A stretch of DNA of 64,000 nucleotides from Eledone cirrhosa (taxonomy: Eukaryota). The notes under the pieces are model-generated. The model was given only the letters and a program-made list of their open reading frames with translations, had not been told where the DNA came from and did no database searches. The position numbers were made by a program, and so were the translations under genes. Numbering within the stretch: position 1 is the stretch's first letter; every line of letters begins with the position of its first letter. The stretch spans positions 74,834,001 through 74,898,000 of the forward strand of contig OZ024741.1 of the NCBI GenBank assembly GCA_964016885.1, written 5' to 3'. Shown here piece by piece: positions 40,195 through 54,666 of this stretch.

Positions 40195-40901
40195 TGTAAG
40201 TATGAACACTTAAAACAACAGACAGTTTTGCATCATAGAACAAGAATTAGTTTCAGACGAGTTGATATCAAAAGGGTTAACCCTTTCATTACTATATTTG
40301 TTATGAAAGACATTGACTATTATTTTCAATTAATTTCGAAAGCAATAAAAAAAAAAAATGGAGGGATTTAGTAATATAACAGATTCCCATGATTAAGTTG
40401 ATGTTTATAACATAAGCATGACAAAACGTTCGGAGATAAAATTATAATAGGTTTCACTTTAAACACGAACACTTAAAAATAAACAATTTTTTCATCAGAA
40501 ACTCGTGCAATTTCATGCAGGTTGGTATTAAAGAAGATAAAAACTAAATGAATATTGGTACATAACAAGTGAAGTTTAATAAATACTACTGCAGTGATGT
40601 TTAGTAGAGACATATGATGGGAGGAGAGAGGTAACTGAGAACAACACAGAAACCCTTTGGTGATAAACGTCACAAAAGTAAGTCTGTCTTGCTCAGTGAC
40701 TCTCAATAAGATGCCATATTCTTTATAGTTGTTTGGAGTATGGTGTATATATATATAGAAATTCTTTCCCTTGGGTGCTTCACATCACCTGAACGTCCCC
40801 TAAAGGGAGTTTCATTCTTGAAATTATGAGGATAGTCATAGTCTTGGTTGTTTGATGTTTTCCCCCATTTACCATATTCATAGAGCAAGACTCTATTCGT
40901 C

Positions 40902-40947
<46 letters not shown>

Positions 40948-41143
40948 TATATAAATGGTAACTAGCTGAAACTGCCAAGCTTGCAGTAGATCCTCTACTT
41001 TTATTAATATATATATATATGTGTGTGTGTGTGTCTATGTATGTATTATGTATGCATATATATATATGTATGTATTATGTATGCATATATATATATATAT
41101 GTATGCATGTATGTATGTGTATATATATAAACATATATATTAT

Positions 41144-41198
<55 letters not shown>

Positions 41199-41853
41199 TA
41201 TATCATAATGTATAGAACTTTATCAATACCACATGCCCAATGCATTTAGACTATATATCTCTGTGCACACCTCATGCATTTTTGTCTTCAGTTTGTTAAC
41301 ACACAATTTCTTTCCACTTTCTCATATGTTTTACCGTAGTCTAGTCAACTTGCTAAGTGAATATGCATTGCTGAGGAGATTAAATAAAATTGAAACATGT
41401 CCGTTGCTTTCACCAAGTTGATTTATAAATAAGGTCCACTCCTATTGCATTACCTTAAATTATTCCAAAGGACTTGGATAGGACACAGCTATAAAGTTGA
41501 TTGCTTCGCAACAACTGAACACTCAGAAAAGGTGTTTTGATCTCATAATTGAGCGGACAGACTTAATTAAAATTGTTTTCCCACTTGCCATATTTAAAGC
41601 ATGAAATACTATTTGTAAGTATGTATGTATATATATAAGTACATGTATGTGTGTATATAGGGAACAACATTGCCTTTAGACATCTTATTAAAGACATGGT
41701 TACACTTAAGTTTTAACAATTTTTTCAGATTTTTTCATATTTTCTCATTTCTTTACCAGATTTAACAACTAATGCTGCTGAAGAGAGAATTTCATAAAAT
41801 GTTATGTACATTTGGCTAAAATAAAAAAGGCAGGAAAAATAACCCAACAGCAC

Positions 41854-41907
41854 TCCACATCCTGCTGATGAGACTGTGAAAGTCTAGAAACATTGAATAG
41901 ATATGGA
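41854..41907 (+). ncRNA. Degenerate hammerhead motif
   Basis: TCCACATCCTG-CTGATGA-GACT[GTGAA]AGTC-TA-GAAA-CATTG-AA-TAGATATGGA; U16.1 lost and 2 extra nt before GAAA. Confidence 0.45.
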
Positions 41908-42026
41908 TTTAGTAATTTTGTTGTTCCAAACAAACTGCAGAAAACTCATAAGAAAATAGGAAAATTTGATGAAAAAGTAAAAACTTAAATATATGTACAC
42001 ACACGTACACACACACACACACACAT

Positions 42027-42059
<33 letters not shown>

Positions 42060-42061
<2 letters not shown>

Positions 42062-42572
42062 AAATAAGTCTTTCTTGCACTTGCAGTACAAGCAGGCATG
42101 TAGAATTGCAGCAGAGTCAGTAAAGGTGTCCAAAGTTAAGCAAGCCATGGGAGGACTTTGAGGTTAAGCTGGAGTCTGACTTCAGATCAGCAAATAATGT
42201 GTTCTGGCATCCATCCACTGATTTTGTAATAAGAGGTCCGCCTGCACAACTGCTATCAGGAATGCATCTGGAGTTCTCCTCTCAAAGAGGTACATCCTCA
42301 TGAGGTAGATAGGATACTTAGCGGATCTCCTAAAATTGTTTCCCCAGTGAACAGCTCGAGGTGCGATCTGTGTGTGGATCGACTCTAGACTCGCAGGTTC
42401 CTTGGACACGTAAGCACAACACCAGCTTTTGATGTACATGAGGCGTATCTAGGAGCAATGACTAATTTCTTGGAAGCTGAGGTTGCAAGAGAAGTAAAAG
42501 AGCTCAAATGTGGCAAGGCCACTGGGGAGGATGAAATTCGGTCTAAGATGTTAAAAGCTTTAAATAGAGGGG

Positions 42573-42612
<40 letters not shown>
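42060..42612 (+). mobile_element. Decayed internal RTE fragment (same family as 9878-10310) followed by an ~40-nt A tract
   Basis: aagctggagtctgacttcagatcagcaaataatgtgttctggca matches the reverse complement of 10020-10065; LKCGKATGEDEIRSKMLKAL. Confidence 0.7.
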
Positions 42613-42615
<3 letters not shown>

Positions 42616-43932
42616 GATGCAAGCATTGGAGTGATACTTTTTTTTTTTTTAATCGATCTCAACAGGATGAAAGACAATGTAAACCTTGGCAGGATTTGAA
42701 CTCAGAGAATACAGACAGCCAAAACAAATACCACAAAACATTCTCTCAACATTCAAATGACTGCCAATTTACTGCCCTATTGAAACATAGTTGAATGACT
42801 AGAGAAATAAAAACCAAATATATCTTTTATTAGAAACCAAGAAGTTAATAGCATATAAAACTGACAAAACAATGAAAGAAATGGATGAAATGCAGCAGAG
42901 AAATTTTTAAAAATTTGAAAGCATAATGAACATTTTTATAGAAAGAATGGAAATAAATTTAGATTGAAGAGATAGCGTCAGAAATAGTTTTGTTTTTAAT
43001 GAGAATATATTGAAATTTATTCTGACTTCAGTAATTTATTTAACCCTTTCGTTACTAATCATTTTGAAAATAATCAAGAATTTGGAGAGATTCAGTAACA
43101 GATTATTTTCCAAATAATGAAAAAGTATAATAAAGTTCCTTACATAAAATTATGATGGAAGTTTTTAAAATCAGTTTCCTATCATAAGAACAAGGGATAG
43201 TTTCAGGTGGTTTAGTATAAAATATTCTTTAACCATTTGGTTATATTTCTAATAAAATACATAACCCATGATTTTAAATTTGTTTTGAAAGTAATGAAGA
43301 ATTTGGAGGGATTTAGTAATATAACTAACTTTCATATTATCAAGTTTTAAGAACATAGGTTCTTCCATAAAATTATGGTGGAAGCTTTGTTTCATGGAAC
43401 CAGGGGGAGTTCGGTGACTGACATCAAAAGGGTTAAAGAAGACAATACAATAAATAACAGGTAAGATGATTTATTTCAATGAGTTGTAAGGATTTCAAAA
43501 TAAAACATTTTTTTGAAATTCAAATTTGTCTCAAAGCCATAATAACCTGATTTTCTCAATTGTCATTTGTAGTGATGTTATGGTCATTTGCAATGGACCC
43601 TGGCAGACAAAATAGCAAATGTGTTACTCAGAGGATAGCGAAGTAGATGTGCTGAAGAATGGGAACACTTATACATATATAGCCTCAGAACATTGCAATC
43701 CATCTAACCCATGAAAGCATGGAAAATAGACATTAAACAGTGATGATGATGATGATATATACACATGCAGGATTTTGTATATACATACATGTGTGCATAT
43801 AAATATATAAACACACATATAGGCATGTAATTATACAGTTATGCATATCTGTGCATGCATGTCTAAAATTTCACCTAGTATTGAAATGTTCCAGGCCTAC
43901 CAGTATTTCTCAAAAGCTAGGGTCACATTGTA

Positions 43933-44517
43933 TCATAATCCATAAAGATCAGTGTGTGGTCAAGCTCCTTCGTTATAGAAATCTACGGTATAGAATTTCT
44001 TCAATTGAAATTTACCATTCAGTACTCGAAATAGTTTCGATTGCGTCTTGACGGAGATAATTTTTTCAATTTCACCCACAATTACGCAAAAAATAGATAA
44101 AACTCAATATTTTACGATTTTTCTCTGTCATTTAAACTGCTAAACTCTTTCCACTACCATTCAAAATCTATACAACTTCATACTTTCTGCTACTTTCTCT
44201 TTCCAAGCTTGATGGTCATACTGTCCGTTCACACCACTCTCTACTGTCTTAAATTTAGAAAACACATATCCTCTATGAGGTTACTAAACCTGCTAGAAAC
44301 AGCAGCTAACTCTCCCCCATATCACACCACTCCCTACTGTCTTAAATTTAGAAAACACATATCCTCTAGGAGGTCACTAAACCTGCTAGAAACAACAGCT
44401 AACTCTCCCTCATATCACAACCCTCCCTACTGTCTTAAATTTAGAAACACAAAATGGGTGGTGCAACCTAACTTTGGTAACTTAATGACCCCGAGCAACG
44501 CCGGGCTTTAATGCTAG
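43933..44517 (+). mobile_element. Non-autonomous Helitron with an internal ~95-bp tandem repeat
   Basis: 3' hairpin CCCGAGCAACGCCGGG then CTAG|T; candidate A|TC 5' end at 43933 (less certain). Confidence 0.7.
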
Positions 44518-45977
44518 TGAACTATATTTTTCAAAAATCTAAACTGAGAGTTGTGTTGCAGAAGGATGAAAGTGATGGTGTGAAAGGAGTGGTGGAAATA
44601 GAGCCAGTGATGAATGTTGTGAAGAGAAATGTAATACAATGGTTGAGTCATAGGTTGAGGAAGTATGAACCTGATTGGATGAGATGAGTGATGGAAATAA
44701 ATGTAGAAAGGAGTAAAAGAAGGGAAAGACGAAGAAAGATATGGAGGAGGAAGAAATGAAAGCCAGTAGTTGGGGAGTGGGAATGCAGAGGATAGGGCAA
44801 AATGAAGAAGCTTGTACTGGGGGTGATTCTTCCTCTATATCACTTTTGAATTTCCTTTCTCTCACTCTCTTACTCTTTCTCTGAAAGAAATTGGCTGTTC
44901 AAGCCTGGGGAGGGGATGGTATCCGCCAAGGTTAAAGTGCCCAAAATACACCATGATGTCATCAGGAGTTACAGGTTCATACATACAAGGCTCATGAACA
45001 ATACAAGAGAAAATGGTGAGACTCATAACCCATATGTCACAGGTAAATAGAGGAAGACTGGTATCTTCTTGCAGTGAATCTTTGGTGATGGAATCTATCT
45101 TTTTCCTAAGCTATAACCACTGCAGAAATTGAACTCAACACGGCAAGCTAATGAAACACTTGGCAATTTAACAGAGCTACCACTGCTTACAACAGTGAGC
45201 ATTTGTTGTCTCAACTTTATCCTTTTTGATATCAACCCATTCAAAACTGCCTCTGGTGCTATGAAATATAACGTTTCTATTTAATCCTTTAATGTTCAAA
45301 CCGGCCAAAACCGACCAGAATTCTCTACCTCTTTCTGTTGAAACTGGCTGTAACTGGTCACTCAAACTGATGTTAAGGTATTGTTCTCAAAATAAATACT
45401 TTCAAAATCTCATAGATTCGATATTATGTGAGATAATTATGCAAGGTAAAGCCTTTACCATGAAAATATAATAGTATATATAGAGTAATGTGAATGCTAA
45501 AGGGTTAAATTAAAACTTTCTAACATAATATAACTTTTATCAAATTATGTTACCAATAGCATCTTAATAATGAAATAATTAATAATTTTAGTGAATCCCT
45601 CCAAATTCTTCAATCTTTAATTCAAATACAGTGTAATTCATTGCAAATACAGTAATGAAACGATTAAAATACTTATTTATAATTGAGTCATTTACAACGT
45701 TGCTTATTTGTAAAGGCACAGGATGTTCAGCTCATGATTATAAGGTTATGGTTTCGATTCTAGGCTTGGGTGGCATAGTGTCCTTGAGCAAGACACTTCA
45801 TTTAATGTTTCAGTCCATTCAGCCAAGAATGAATACCAGCAGAAGCTAAGGGTTAAATCTGTAACAGATTGGCATCCAGTTTATTATTTTTTTAAATAAT
45901 TAAACATTTTGAGTAATTCAGTAAAGTAACTAATGTTTTTATTATCAAACTGATGTTTGAAACATTAAGAAAAACAT

Positions 45978-46335
45978 CTTTTCTTTTTCTTCTTCCACTT
46001 ATTCGTGGGAGGGTTAAGGTAACAGAATCCTCAGACATGACTCAAAGAAGGTCCTATCAGAAGAAACCATTTCCAATTGATCTAGCTGGATCCACAAGTG
46101 AGATCAGCCAAGCTCATGGACATTATTCAACAATCTTAATTGTGGTCTACTTCTTTGTCTCCTGTCTGTTGGCTTTATTCGTAAAACCTGTTCAACTTTT
46201 TCCCAGAAATATTCTAACCACATATCCATAGTACTGAAGCTATGATCTCTCGATTCAGAGAAGTAGCAGCTCTATCTGGAGTGACTCCCTGGTCTCCAAG
46301 CTAATCACTCTAATGAGTAACATTACTCCAAGGGC
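45978..46335 (-). mobile_element. RTE 3' end (same family as 10320-10639)
   Basis: ggagtcactccagatagagctgctacttctctgaatcgagaga matches 10337-10378; (GAA)-type tail. Confidence 0.7.
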
Positions 46336-47149
46336 CCTTACAGGAGTACAAAATCCTAACAGTAATTGGGTTTGGGAGAGCATGGATTTCATCGGCTAAA
46401 ACAGAAAATCTTCAAAATAAATGATTCACAGTTTGATTCTCCTCAAATTTTGTGCAAGCACCAAAACTGTGGGTCAAGTTCATGCACCAAGAAATTGCAT
46501 CAAGAATATAGCTTTTCAATCATGATAATCCAATCTCTTAACTCCTAACTCCAAATGTTTAATTCAAAACTTTCACTTAAACCTTCACTCTAAGCATAAC
46601 CTAGCTCTAACACTAATACATAACCTTAACCTTCACTCTGAATCCTTCATTCTAAACCTAAACCCAGCTTAAACACTAAATATTAATCCTTAGTCCAAAC
46701 CACCAACAGAACCCAAACCCCTCACCAATAATACATACTATAAATTGTATTGGATTTTATTGATTATTTTTGCATGCAGTTTAGTGTCTGGGCAAATACC
46801 AAAACAAATCAGCCTATCAACATTTCGAAAAATTTCTGCTTCAGTTTGAAAAGTTTGGGATTCCTAGGATTTGTTAGAAAAAGAAGAGGAGATATTTTCC
46901 CAAAATTAAGAATTAATTCCTCAATGAACTGTGAACTTCTCTTCAATATCATTATTGTTCTCAATTTTATTTACACTGTACAGAAGAACAACTAAAAACA
47001 GAAAGAAAGGCATCATCAATGGATAAGGAATATTAAAAGATGGCAGAGATCTTTGACAGAGATTCAATCTTGATCAAACTAGATTTAAAATGATGTTGGC
47101 ATGGTTTGGACAGGTTAGGTGACCATGTCTTGCTTAAATATGTTCCATC

Positions 47150-47720
47150 TTGGCTTGGTTTCTATGGCTGGATGCTCTTCCTAACACCAACCATTTTGTA
47201 GAGTGAACTGGGTGCATTTTATTATGTTACAAGCACTAGAGAGGTTTCAATCTTTCAATCTTTTGTTTGGCATGACTTCTACAGCTAGAGGACCTTCACA
47301 GCCACATTACTGAGAGAACTGGCTGTATTTTATCTTAGCACCAGCAATAGAGAAGTTGTTTCATCCTTGACACCACATAAGAGTTTCTACAGCTGAATTT
47401 TCTTCCTATCACCAAGCACTTTACTGAATGTACTGGTTCATTTTATCACTGAACCAACATTAGAGGGGTTGTCATGTCCTCAGCAAAACTAAAGAGTCCT
47501 CTCTCCTCTATGCTATCATCATGCGATTAATTACCACTTTACAGAGTGTACTGGGTGCATTTTACATCACTAGAAAGGTTGTCATAACATGACTGAAAAG
47601 TGATCTCTATCCTATGCTTATTCCCTTCAGAGAGACCTCCTTACAGAGAGCACTGGGTGCCTTTTATAATGGCTCCAGTACAAGATATGTTCTCATGTCC
47701 TTGCTGTGATTAAAGAGTCA
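47150..47720 (-). repeat. Degenerate ~115-bp tandem array built from the RTE/SINE tail unit
   Basis: About five ccactttacagagtg.actgggtgcatttt...cacta.agaggtt units. Confidence 0.6.
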
Positions 47721-48902
47721 ACTTTATTGTTCATGCCAATCTTATTTACACTGAACAGATTGAAAAGTAGAAAACAAAATGACTAAGAAAGAATGACTGA
47801 TAATAAAACCAACCTACCAACCTGATTTATTGAGATTGTGAGGTCAAGGAGGGCCATGCTGCTGCTGCTGCTACAGTAAACATACATATTGATAGACTAT
47901 ATACACATAGGCAAACACCTAGAGAGTCACAGAGACATACAATGATACATATATAGGCAAACTGACACACACAGAGGCACACTGACACATACATACACAT
48001 AGGCAAAAATACCCCCCTCCCCCTGCACCACATACACACATTGCTAAACATACAGAGACACTTACAAACCCATAGACAACCATACATACAGAGACACAAA
48101 CACAGACAGATACAGTATTGGACATGACAAATATTTTGTGTGGGTGAAGAAGTGGTTAGGAACAAAATAGGTTGTTAATGTAATTTGGCACAAGGTCAGT
48201 CATGATTGAGTAGTTTTGATACCAACCTGCTCCAAACTGTCACCTCATTTTAAAGGGTTTCTATTTAAATTAAAACTTTCCAACACTTTTATTTTTGTTC
48301 ATTTATGTTAAAAATACCATCTTAATGAAATAATAATTTTAGTAAATCCCTCCAAATTCTTCAATGACTAATAGTGTATTTCATTAAGAATATGGTAACA
48401 AAAGGGTTAAAGCCCAAGTCTGTCCCAAGCCCAGAGGTTTATCACTAGAGCTTATCCCAGTTTCATTGGAGTTTAGCAGAGTAATCAAACCAACATGAAA
48501 CCACAACTTTATTGCTTAATAGAAAAAGGATCGATACACAGAATGATACAATCCTGTATTAACTGTGACTAAAAAAAAAGGAGGAAAACAACATATTTGA
48601 TCATAAGTCTGCTCAAGCCTCAAAGAAGTGCTTTCTGTGGTCACTTGACCTGCCAGAAATAGCAATCTTTAAAAGGAGTTGGGCACATTGCATAAATGTG
48701 ATCCTAGATAACAGATAAAATTGTCAAAGCTGGAATGCTTTTGATCATAGTTCTGCTCAATTTGAGCTCAACTAGGGCTAAACAACAACAAACACCCTAT
48801 ACAAAACCAATGAAGCTGCCTGCATGGAGTCACTAAATCTGCTAAAAAAAAAAGGCAGGTAAATTTTTGTCAAACCACACTTTATTGACTAAATGAAACA
48901 CA

Positions 48903-49428
48903 TCTATATATATAAAACTGTGGTTGTCTGTCTGTCTATCGATTTTTGGCACACATCTCCTCTTAGAATCTCTCACGAAATTGCACCGAAATTGCTATAC
49001 TTGTACATTGAGCCCTAGCGAAGACATCGGGAAAAAAAATTTCAAATTGACCCACCCTATGTGACGAAATCGAATATAATGTATCAATTTTTGAGCGTAA
49101 GTTATCAGTTATTTCCCTTTGTTCTGTTTACATTGAGCGTCTTACGTTGTTTTTCTCTGCGTTGCAGTGTTTACATTTTCGATCTTTGTTAATAAATAAC
49201 CAGTGCAGTTTTTATCCCCAGCATCCTATTTTGTTATAACATTCGGGTTATCGTTATGTTTTCTTAACTTCATAAGGCATATTGTTGGTTGAGGGAATAT
49301 TAATCAAAAACACCACATGCAAGTCTGCACAGTAGACACTACAGTTTTTAAGCCAAAAAAGAAACTTAACATTGTAACTTTAACACAGCTACTGAGCGAC
49401 CCCGAGCAACGCCGGGCTTTACTGCTAG
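48903..49428 (+). mobile_element. Non-autonomous Helitron with both ends
   Basis: A|TCTATATATATAAAAC 5' end with (GTCT)n; 3' CCCGAGCAACGCCGGG hairpin and CTAG|T; no TSD. Confidence 0.85.
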
Positions 49429-51280
49429 TATTGGATAAAATGTAGTTCAGGTTAGACCATTCCTGAAAATAACAATGCTCATGGATTGAATATTTTTCAT
49501 CATAAATAATGGGTCCATCAGGTTGAAATGGGACTAAACAGCAACAACAACACACAGGAGATCTAATTAATGATTTCTACTTCAATACAGTCAATCCTTT
49601 TTGGAAAATTAAAATCAATTAAATCAATCCCAGTACTTGATTGGTACTTATTTTATCAACCCATGAATGATCAATGACAAAGTTGACCTTGGTGGGATAT
49701 GAACTGAAACAAAAAGTAATAACTCTGCCATTTCACAACCCCAAGGAAAGTTAATCAATTCTTTCTAACATTGGCACAAGGTCAGTAATTTGGAGGGAGA
49801 GGAAATTTTATATCAAGCCCAGTACTTGACTGGTATTTTATTGACTCAGAAAAGATGAAAGGCAAAGTTGATTGTGGGGATGAAGGAGAGATGGATTTCA
49901 ACTCACAACATAGAAACTTGTAATTATGTACTGCAAGCATTTTGTCTGATGCTCTACCGATACTGCCAATCCACTGCCCAAGGGAGATCTAGTTAACAAC
50001 AGCAAAACATGTTCAAATTTGTTATCGAACTTGCCAACACAGTTTTACACAAATATACAGTTATTTATATTTATTTAATGGTTTATTTAACCTACTTATC
50101 ATTTTTGAAAAATTACCAGGCATTCTCTGATAGGTTTATCAGTTATTATAACAGTGGAAACATCTGGAGTCTTGGGTCCCTGAATCAACTCCCTACTTAC
50201 TATGGTTGGGATAGAGATGACCATTCACTTCACAACAATGAGCCCTATGAAGTGGACTTGCTCTTTCAGCAATTTCTCACCATCCTCTGAGTTATCACAT
50301 TTTTCATTCTGTCTGTAGGGACCATGATTCAACAACAAACTTAACCCTTCTAATACCAAACCACCATCCCTGGTTCTACGATACTAAGCTATTTATTTAA
50401 ATGTTTATATCTAGCTAAAAACCTCATCATGATGTTATCTAGGATCATTTGTTATACCATACACAAACAATGAGAAAGTTAGTTATATTAGTAAATCCCT
50501 CCAAATTCTGTTTATTTTCAAAATTATTTGAAAATCATATGCAGTGTCTTTCATTACAAATATGGTAACAAAAGGCTTAATGTGTTTGTATTTAAGTAAT
50601 TTTATGTAAGAACCTTTGTTATGTTACAAATACCAGTTTAATAATTGGTTATATATATTACTAAATGCCTCCAAATCATAGGCAATGCCTTTTATAAGAA
50701 ATATAATAATTAAAGAGTTAAATGTGACAATGATAAAAAAAATGTTTGACTGGATGATTCTTACCTATTTATCCTGTTCTAAATAATTTTGCACATTTAC
50801 ATAGCTAGTATGAGAAAACATTTTATTAGCGTAACATGATCTCTTGATTTGAATGTTATTTGTAGCCGTTAGTGTTGATGTCAATTATTCTCATTGCTCA
50901 TCACAGCAGATTAAATGATCCTTCTTCCTCTTCTGGCAATTAATATATAAGGATTGTCTCTATATTTTCAACAACTATAGGTTGGGCATACTAGAAATAG
51001 CAGCTAAATCTTTTTTCTCCTTTGTCAATAAATATCTCAAAAGTGTCTATATGTTGAACAACTGGACATGATCATTCAACACACATGAAATAGCAGCCAA
51101 ATCTTTCCTCTTCTGACAATTATCTCATACGAAGCAACTAAAAGGGTTAGTGTGAGGAAGGGCATCTGGCTGTAAAACATTGCCTCAAAAAGTCTCACAT
51201 GCCAGCACAGAAAAGTTGACGTAAAAATGATGAAGATGATTGACTATATATTAAACATGGCTTAGTGGTTAGAGCATTGA

Positions 51281-53595
51281 CCTTGCAGGGGTGGTATGGA
51301 TGGGGTAGGGGTAGTGGGACGGGGATGTATTTTGTTAGAGGTGCCTATTGACTGTAGTAGGTTTCACTTTGCACTTAGTTAAGGCGGGTTTTCTCTATTA
51401 CTGTGTAGCTCCAAAGATCTCGGTCCAGTGACATTGTCTTGGAGAGGTGTAAGTGTGTGAGGTCGGAATTTATCAAGTCGTCCCAGGTTTTTCTGGGTCT
51501 GCCTACTCCGTGGCTACCGTCTAATTTTATCGCCCTGCACTTTTTTATACAGCTGTCGTCTTTCATGCGCATCACGTGACCGTACCAACGTAGCCTTCTC
51601 TCGAGTAAACAGCATCTGATCCCTCTTATTCCTAATTTCTCCCTTAGTTCGTTTATGCTTTGCCATTCACGTATATATTACTATTACACATCCAGCGGAG
51701 CATGCAAGCTTCGTTCCTCTCCAGTCTGCGTATATCCTCTGCACACAATGCCCAGGTCTCACTGCCATGCAACATTGCTGTTCGTATGCAGGCATCATAC
51801 AGTCTGCCTTTCATTTTTAGAGAGAACCCTTTAGCAGCCAATAGTGGTATAAGCTCTCTGAACTTTTCCATCCCGTTCTGACTCTAGCTACTGTACTTTC
51901 AGAGCACCCTCCACCACTGCTGATTTTGTCACACAGGTAACGGATGGTGTCCACTATTTCTACAGAACCATCTGTGCAATGGAATGAGCTAGTATTCTGT
52001 GGGCACTTGCTGCTATTTATTGCACCAGAGCACCGGCCACATATAAAATCTATATTCTTAGTTAGCTTACCTGTGATCCCACTACATCTTTTATGTACCC
52101 ATACTTTGCATTTGGGACATAAAATGGAGTTTCTGCCTACTCCTTTCCTACACACTGAGCATGGCCATTTCCCAGATGGGACCGGTGCCCTATTTTCCTT
52201 CCTACAAACTAGAACTTTAATCTTAGACAGGTTAATTTTAAGGCCTTTTGATTCTCGGCCATGCTTCCATATTTGGAATTTCTTCTCTAGTTCGGCCATT
52301 AATTCAGGTATGAGCGTTAGATCATCTGCGTATAGGAGTTCCCATGGGCAGCCGGTCTTGAACTCCTCTGTTATAGCCTGAAGGGCAATAATAAATAGGA
52401 GGGGACTAAGGACGGTGCCCTGATGAACACCAACTTTTACGCTAAACTCTTCACTGTATTCATTGTTAATTCTAACCTTGCTAACTGTTTCTTTATACAT
52501 GGCTTGAATAGCTCTCACAACCCATTCATCTACACCTAGTTTTCTAAGAGCCCACCAGATAATGGAGCGGGGGACTCTGTCAAAAACTTTCTCCAAGTCA
52601 ACAAAAGCTAAGTATAGGGGGTTACTTTTAGCTAGGTACTTTTCCTGTAGTTGTCGTACAAGGAAAAGAGCGTCTGTGGTACTTTTACCTGACACAAACC
52701 CAAACTGCATTTCATCTAGATCAATTCGCTCTCTGATTAGTTGCGCTATTACTTTTTCTGTGACCTTCATCACCTGGTCAATTAATTTAATGCCTCTATA
52801 GTTTCCCCTATCTAGGGAATCTCCTTTACCCTTGTAGCAGTTAATGATGATGCTGCTACGCCAGTCATTTGGTGCGACTCCATTCTGTATGACTTGGTTT
52901 ACTATCCGAGTGACCATAGTGTGTCCCACCATTCCAAATGCTTTCAGCATTTCAGCAACTATCTCCGAAGGCCCAGCTGCCTTGCCTGTCTTCATATCTT
53001 TGATTGCCTTACTTATTATACTACCTTCAACTTGCACTGCTGGTCCCTCTATTGGATTGATGTGGGGGAGACTGTCTGTCTCCCATTTATTCTCCTCATT
53101 TAGTAGCCTTTCGTAGTGACACTTCCAAGCTACCTTCTTATCAGCGTCAGTGATGGCAAGTACACCATCATCATTACGGACACAATTCTCCCCGACAATA
53201 TCACGGTTCTCCTTGACACATTGTCTAGCAATCCTGAACACCTCATGTTTTTGGTCCTCGTGTTGTAGAACATACTTGAACTTTCTTTCCACTGCTTCCC
53301 TTCTTGCGAAGTATACTTGTCTCCTAGCTTCCCTTCTGGCCACTTGATAGTCTTCTCTACTTCCCCCATCCCGCCATACTTTCCAAGCCTGCTTTTTTGG
53401 CTTTGATTGACTCCTCCAGCACCAAGTTACTCTCCTCCTGCCTATAGGTCTGCTCCAGCCACAGATTTCATCTGCCGCCTTCAGCAGGTTAGCTTTCAGG
53501 AATTCCCACTGTTCCTCTATATTGTACGACTCTAATTGCTCTTCCTTACTGTCAAAAGCATCAATATGCGTTTAAATTTGTTACTGGCTGTGGGG
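51281..53595 (-). mobile_element. Truncated, frameshifted RTE LINE (family B, with PHD-like finger)
   Basis: 508-aa ORF with FVDLEKVFD, YADD and CSVC..CPKC..H..C..CGRC; C-terminal fragments 51375-51871. Confidence 0.92.
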
Positions 53596-53652
53596 TATGT
53601 ATGTATGTATATATATGTATATATATGTATATATATATATATGTGTATATAT

Positions 53653-54033
53653 ACACCTCTCAAAGACAATGACACACGACCGTGACTTCTGGCGTCACGC
53701 AGTAATACAGAGTACCCGACGTCCCATGGGTACATGCTGAAGCATATAAACAATATGCCCCCACACCCCCCACCGCAAGGTGGTCGTGGAGGTGCCACAG
53801 CAAAAAAGCACCCAGCCCACACTGTAAAGTGGACGTGTAGGCGCCACGAAAAAGCACCCAGCACTCACTGTAAATGAGGTTGGTGTTAGGAAGGGCATCC
53901 AGCTGTAGAAATCAAGCCAGATCAGTTCCTGTATGAGCAAGGCATGGTCAGCCGACCAGACACTGCACACAACAGGACAACCCGTCTAACCCATGCTAGA
54001 GTGGAAGAACGGACGTAAAACGGTGATGATGAT
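53653..54033 (+). mobile_element. Short 3' copy of RTE family A
   Basis: Near-identical to 34978-35355. Confidence 0.9.
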
Positions 54034-54066
54034 AATGTTATGTATATATGTTCTTTGGTATAGAAG

Positions 54067-54666
<600 letters not shown>

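Noticed and set aside
44230-44450. Regular repeats resembling a CRISPR array (also 47150-47720)
   Set aside because: Head-to-tail tandem units without unique spacers, eukaryotic context, no cas genes
46560-46720. Degenerate (CCCTAA)-like tract
   Set aside because: Too degenerate for an interstitial telomere; similar tracts are common inside DNA-transposon relics
46800-46992. Minus-strand polypyrimidine tract + AG acceptor, and an AG|GTAAG donor at ~50760
   Set aside because: No convincing reading frame or homology; cannot call host exons without RNA data
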